Of a DNA stretch of 64,000 nt, positions 61,549 to 64,000 are shown one piece after another. Position numbers and translations under genes: made by a program. Under the pieces are notes generated by a model. It was not told the DNA's origin. It saw only the letters and a program-made list of their open reading frames with translations, and made no database searches. The DNA is from Selaginella moellendorffii. Lineage: Eukaryota > Plantae > Lycopodiophyta. Location: the NCBI RefSeq assembly GCF_000143415.4, contig NW_003314289.1:690292-754291 (forward strand), in the 5' to 3' direction. Every line of letters begins with the position of its first letter. The first letter of the stretch is position 1.

Positions 61549-62355
61549 AACCTTCATTAACACCCGGCCGACGGCCATATCCTTCCACTGGCATGGCAAT
61601 CCCTACACTCACTGCTACAAATCGGCATCTACTGGCCAATGTAGATGCCCCGACCCTCGCCCCGGGAGCGACAATGCCGCCATCGCCTAGAAATCGAGCC
61701 AGCGCAAGCGAGGATGAGGGCGCGCTGTAGCCTCGACTGGATCGATCGATCCCTGGACCGAAATCTTACCTCTAGAAGGCGCTCGCCGAGATCTCGCCTA
61801 GCTGCGTCGCCGCATCAGCGCCTGCTCCCCTCGGCGGCGTCGTGGCATAGCAAAACCCTCGAGCTCGATCCAGCTGAAGCGACCTAACTCGCCATGGACA
61901 CGTCCATCCGACGGTGGGATCCAGCGCCACGTCCACTAGAGTTAAAAAAACCGGGTTTTCTGGCAATCCAACGGCGCGCAAGCGTGGATTAGATTTGGCC
62001 CGGGTTGATCCAAGCGCTGGCATTCCGCCAGGTCGACTCTAGCTGGCGCTCTGAAAATAAAGGTACACCCACATTAAAGGCTTTTAAATTTCTGTTTTGT
62101 TAGAGTTTTCAAAACATTAGGGTTTAAGCACCGGCGATTGATCGCGTGCGCGATCCTCACGGCGAATGGATCTTCTCTTTGCGATGAGGTAATTCGATCC
62201 AAACTCTTGGGATTTCTCTTGGCCTTTCCTAAAATTTTCAATCTCTTGCGATAGCTCGCCAAATGTGTAGCGAGAGTTTCTTGCCAAAAGGTATGAGTCA
62301 TGGCTCGCGTTTTGGAGTATGCCCTTGCTGTCACGCTTCCATCGCGCTATTTTTT

Positions 62356-63590
62356 ATGGACTCTCACTTAGACACTTGTCTCCGAAAAAGGTTGGGTCCC
62401 TTCTCTGCTTGCTTCTAAACTTCTAACTTGGCTCGCATTTGATGTTCTTATTAGTCACGAGGAGGATTCTGTGGAACCAGATGATGAAAAACCAGTTAAG
62501 ATTTTTTTTTTCCTCCTTCTCGTGGCTGGGAAGTTGTAATGTGCGCATCTCATTTCTCTGAATTCAGGAGGAAGAACCTCAGACCAAGCAAGAAGTATTT
62601 CCACTCTTCCGTCAAAGAAAGAAGGTGTGTTTGCTTTTGCATCCCTTTTCTTTTCTTTTCTTCTTGTTTTCTTACTCGCGTTTTAAGCTTTTGGCATCTC
62701 AGATCATTCATATTATCAGGCACGGGCATACTTTGTTTCAGCAAGGAGATCAGAAGATGATCGATGTAAGGCTCTCGGCTCAAGGCATTCAACAGGTAAG
62801 AGTATGATCCTTTAGTTATTTAATCTTCTTCGTCTTGCTAATATAAAACTCTTGGTATGATCATTTAGGCCTCCTGCATTGGTCAGCAGTTGCTGTCGCT
62901 TAAGCCAGACGTGGTAAACGTTTCAATAAGAAGATTTCTAAAGCTTACTTGTGTGGTCTAGATTCTAGTTTCTCCTCTAACAAGAGCGTTGGACACATTG
63001 AGATGGGCTTTACACCCGTTCAAGGTGATATACAAGGTTTTGCATTCTCCCAAATTTGTATTCAGGACGAGAGAAGCAGTTTGCGTCTGGAAGTCAGCAG
63101 CTTACACACTGAGCACGTAGCTGGTGCTGGAGATATTGGCCGTGATCCACAGGTAACCACTTTCTTCTCTTTCAACTTAAAATGTATTGTTAGAGCTCAC
63201 TCTGCTTACAGGTACTTTCTCTTGATTTTCCTTGGCTATCATTCGAGAAGCTCGATCCAGTCTGGTGGTTCTCGCCGCCAGAGGCTCCAAACATCGGGGC
63301 ATTTCGGACGAGAGAAAACACTGGTCTGACTTCCTTTCCCCTTCTCTAATTTTGATGTATTCTTCATGAACTCAGCGAACCTCCGCAAACGGGTCGCTTC
63401 TTTTCGTCGCCATCTTCTTTCCAGGCCAGAACAAGTAATTGCTGTTGTTGGACATTCTACTTTCTTCATGGTGCGTATTCTTTGGATGTTGTTTCGTTTC
63501 TGTAACTCTTTCTACTGTGGTTCGCTCCAGGTGCTTACCGGTGAGGAGAAGCGAATGCGTCACTGTGAGTTTCGCAAGCTCGCAATCTAA
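62356..63590 (+). CDS. Histidine phosphatase / phosphoglycerate mutase-like protein; multi-exon, start uncertain
   Basis: IHIIRHGH, LSAQGIQQ, ILVSPLTRALDT and IAVVGHSTFF across GT-AG introns. Confidence 0.85.
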
Positions 63591-64000
63591 GTAATGTGCA
63601 TTTGCAACATTGTGTTTTCTCTAACGTTTGCAAATTTGATAGGACGTGATGATGCCAAAGCTATTTCCCAAAGTCATCCCGGAGTTCATGCTGTAAGAAA
63701 TGTTTCCAGACAGTTGGCCTTTTATGTGTTTCAGGCAGAATTTATGATCAAGTCCATAACTGTCAATTCTTCAATATCTTGGCAGTGTTCAAATTGCTCT
63801 CAAACTCTCTTCTTTGGATTGATTCTCAAGACTGTCAGCAGCTTGAAAACTAATTAAACTCTCTTCTCCGTGTTTGCATGCTTGGAGCGGGATGAGCATA
63901 CAGCCAGCTACAATCATTTCAGCACTGGTTGCCTTCCCTCCAGCGTGCCTTGCAGGGAAGGCAGCCTTGAAATCCATCAAAAGCTTCATCACAAGTGTTC

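Noticed and set aside
63640-64000. Possible 3' end of a minus-strand gene
   Set aside because: Truncated by the window edge with no recognisable domain.
1-64000. CRISPR arrays, operons or prokaryotic defence islands
   Set aside because: Spliceosomal-intron eukaryotic DNA; no repeat-spacer arrays seen.

Overview
Eukaryotic plant genomic DNA. The gene density, the many ~47-65 nt GT-AG introns and the gene content suggest the lycophyte Selaginella; this assignment is inferred. Most listed six-frame ORFs are exon pieces or antisense shadows, so genes were rebuilt from splice sites. Apparently intact genes: cationic amino acid transporter (partial), CUSTOS-like protein, DUF1350 hydrolase, ORC1 (upstream E2F site), intronless CDPK-related kinase, PSMD5/Hsm3-like proteasome chaperone, tandem B-box-like Zn-finger orphan, two F-box genes, a small secreted peptide, a cyanobacterial-type Ser/Thr kinase, two Pin-II protease inhibitors, a trihelix TF, a membrane glycoprotein and a histidine phosphatase. 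The 5-50 kb part is a zone of local duplication and inversion. Three loci of a Crinkler/CR-effector-like coiled-coil + P-loop NTPase + PD..QxK nuclease gene recur near copies of PSMD5 and of a head-to-head DUF1350/CUSTOS-like pair. One locus forms a 236-bp-arm chimeric hairpin beside an assembly gap. Mobile elements include a 5S-rRNA-bearing Cassandra-like TRIM plus a solo LTR, a non-autonomous hAT whose empty site is also in the window, a decayed ~6.3 kb LTR retrotransposon and a MITE. A tRNA-Thr lacking part of its D-arm lies just upstream of the kinase gene.
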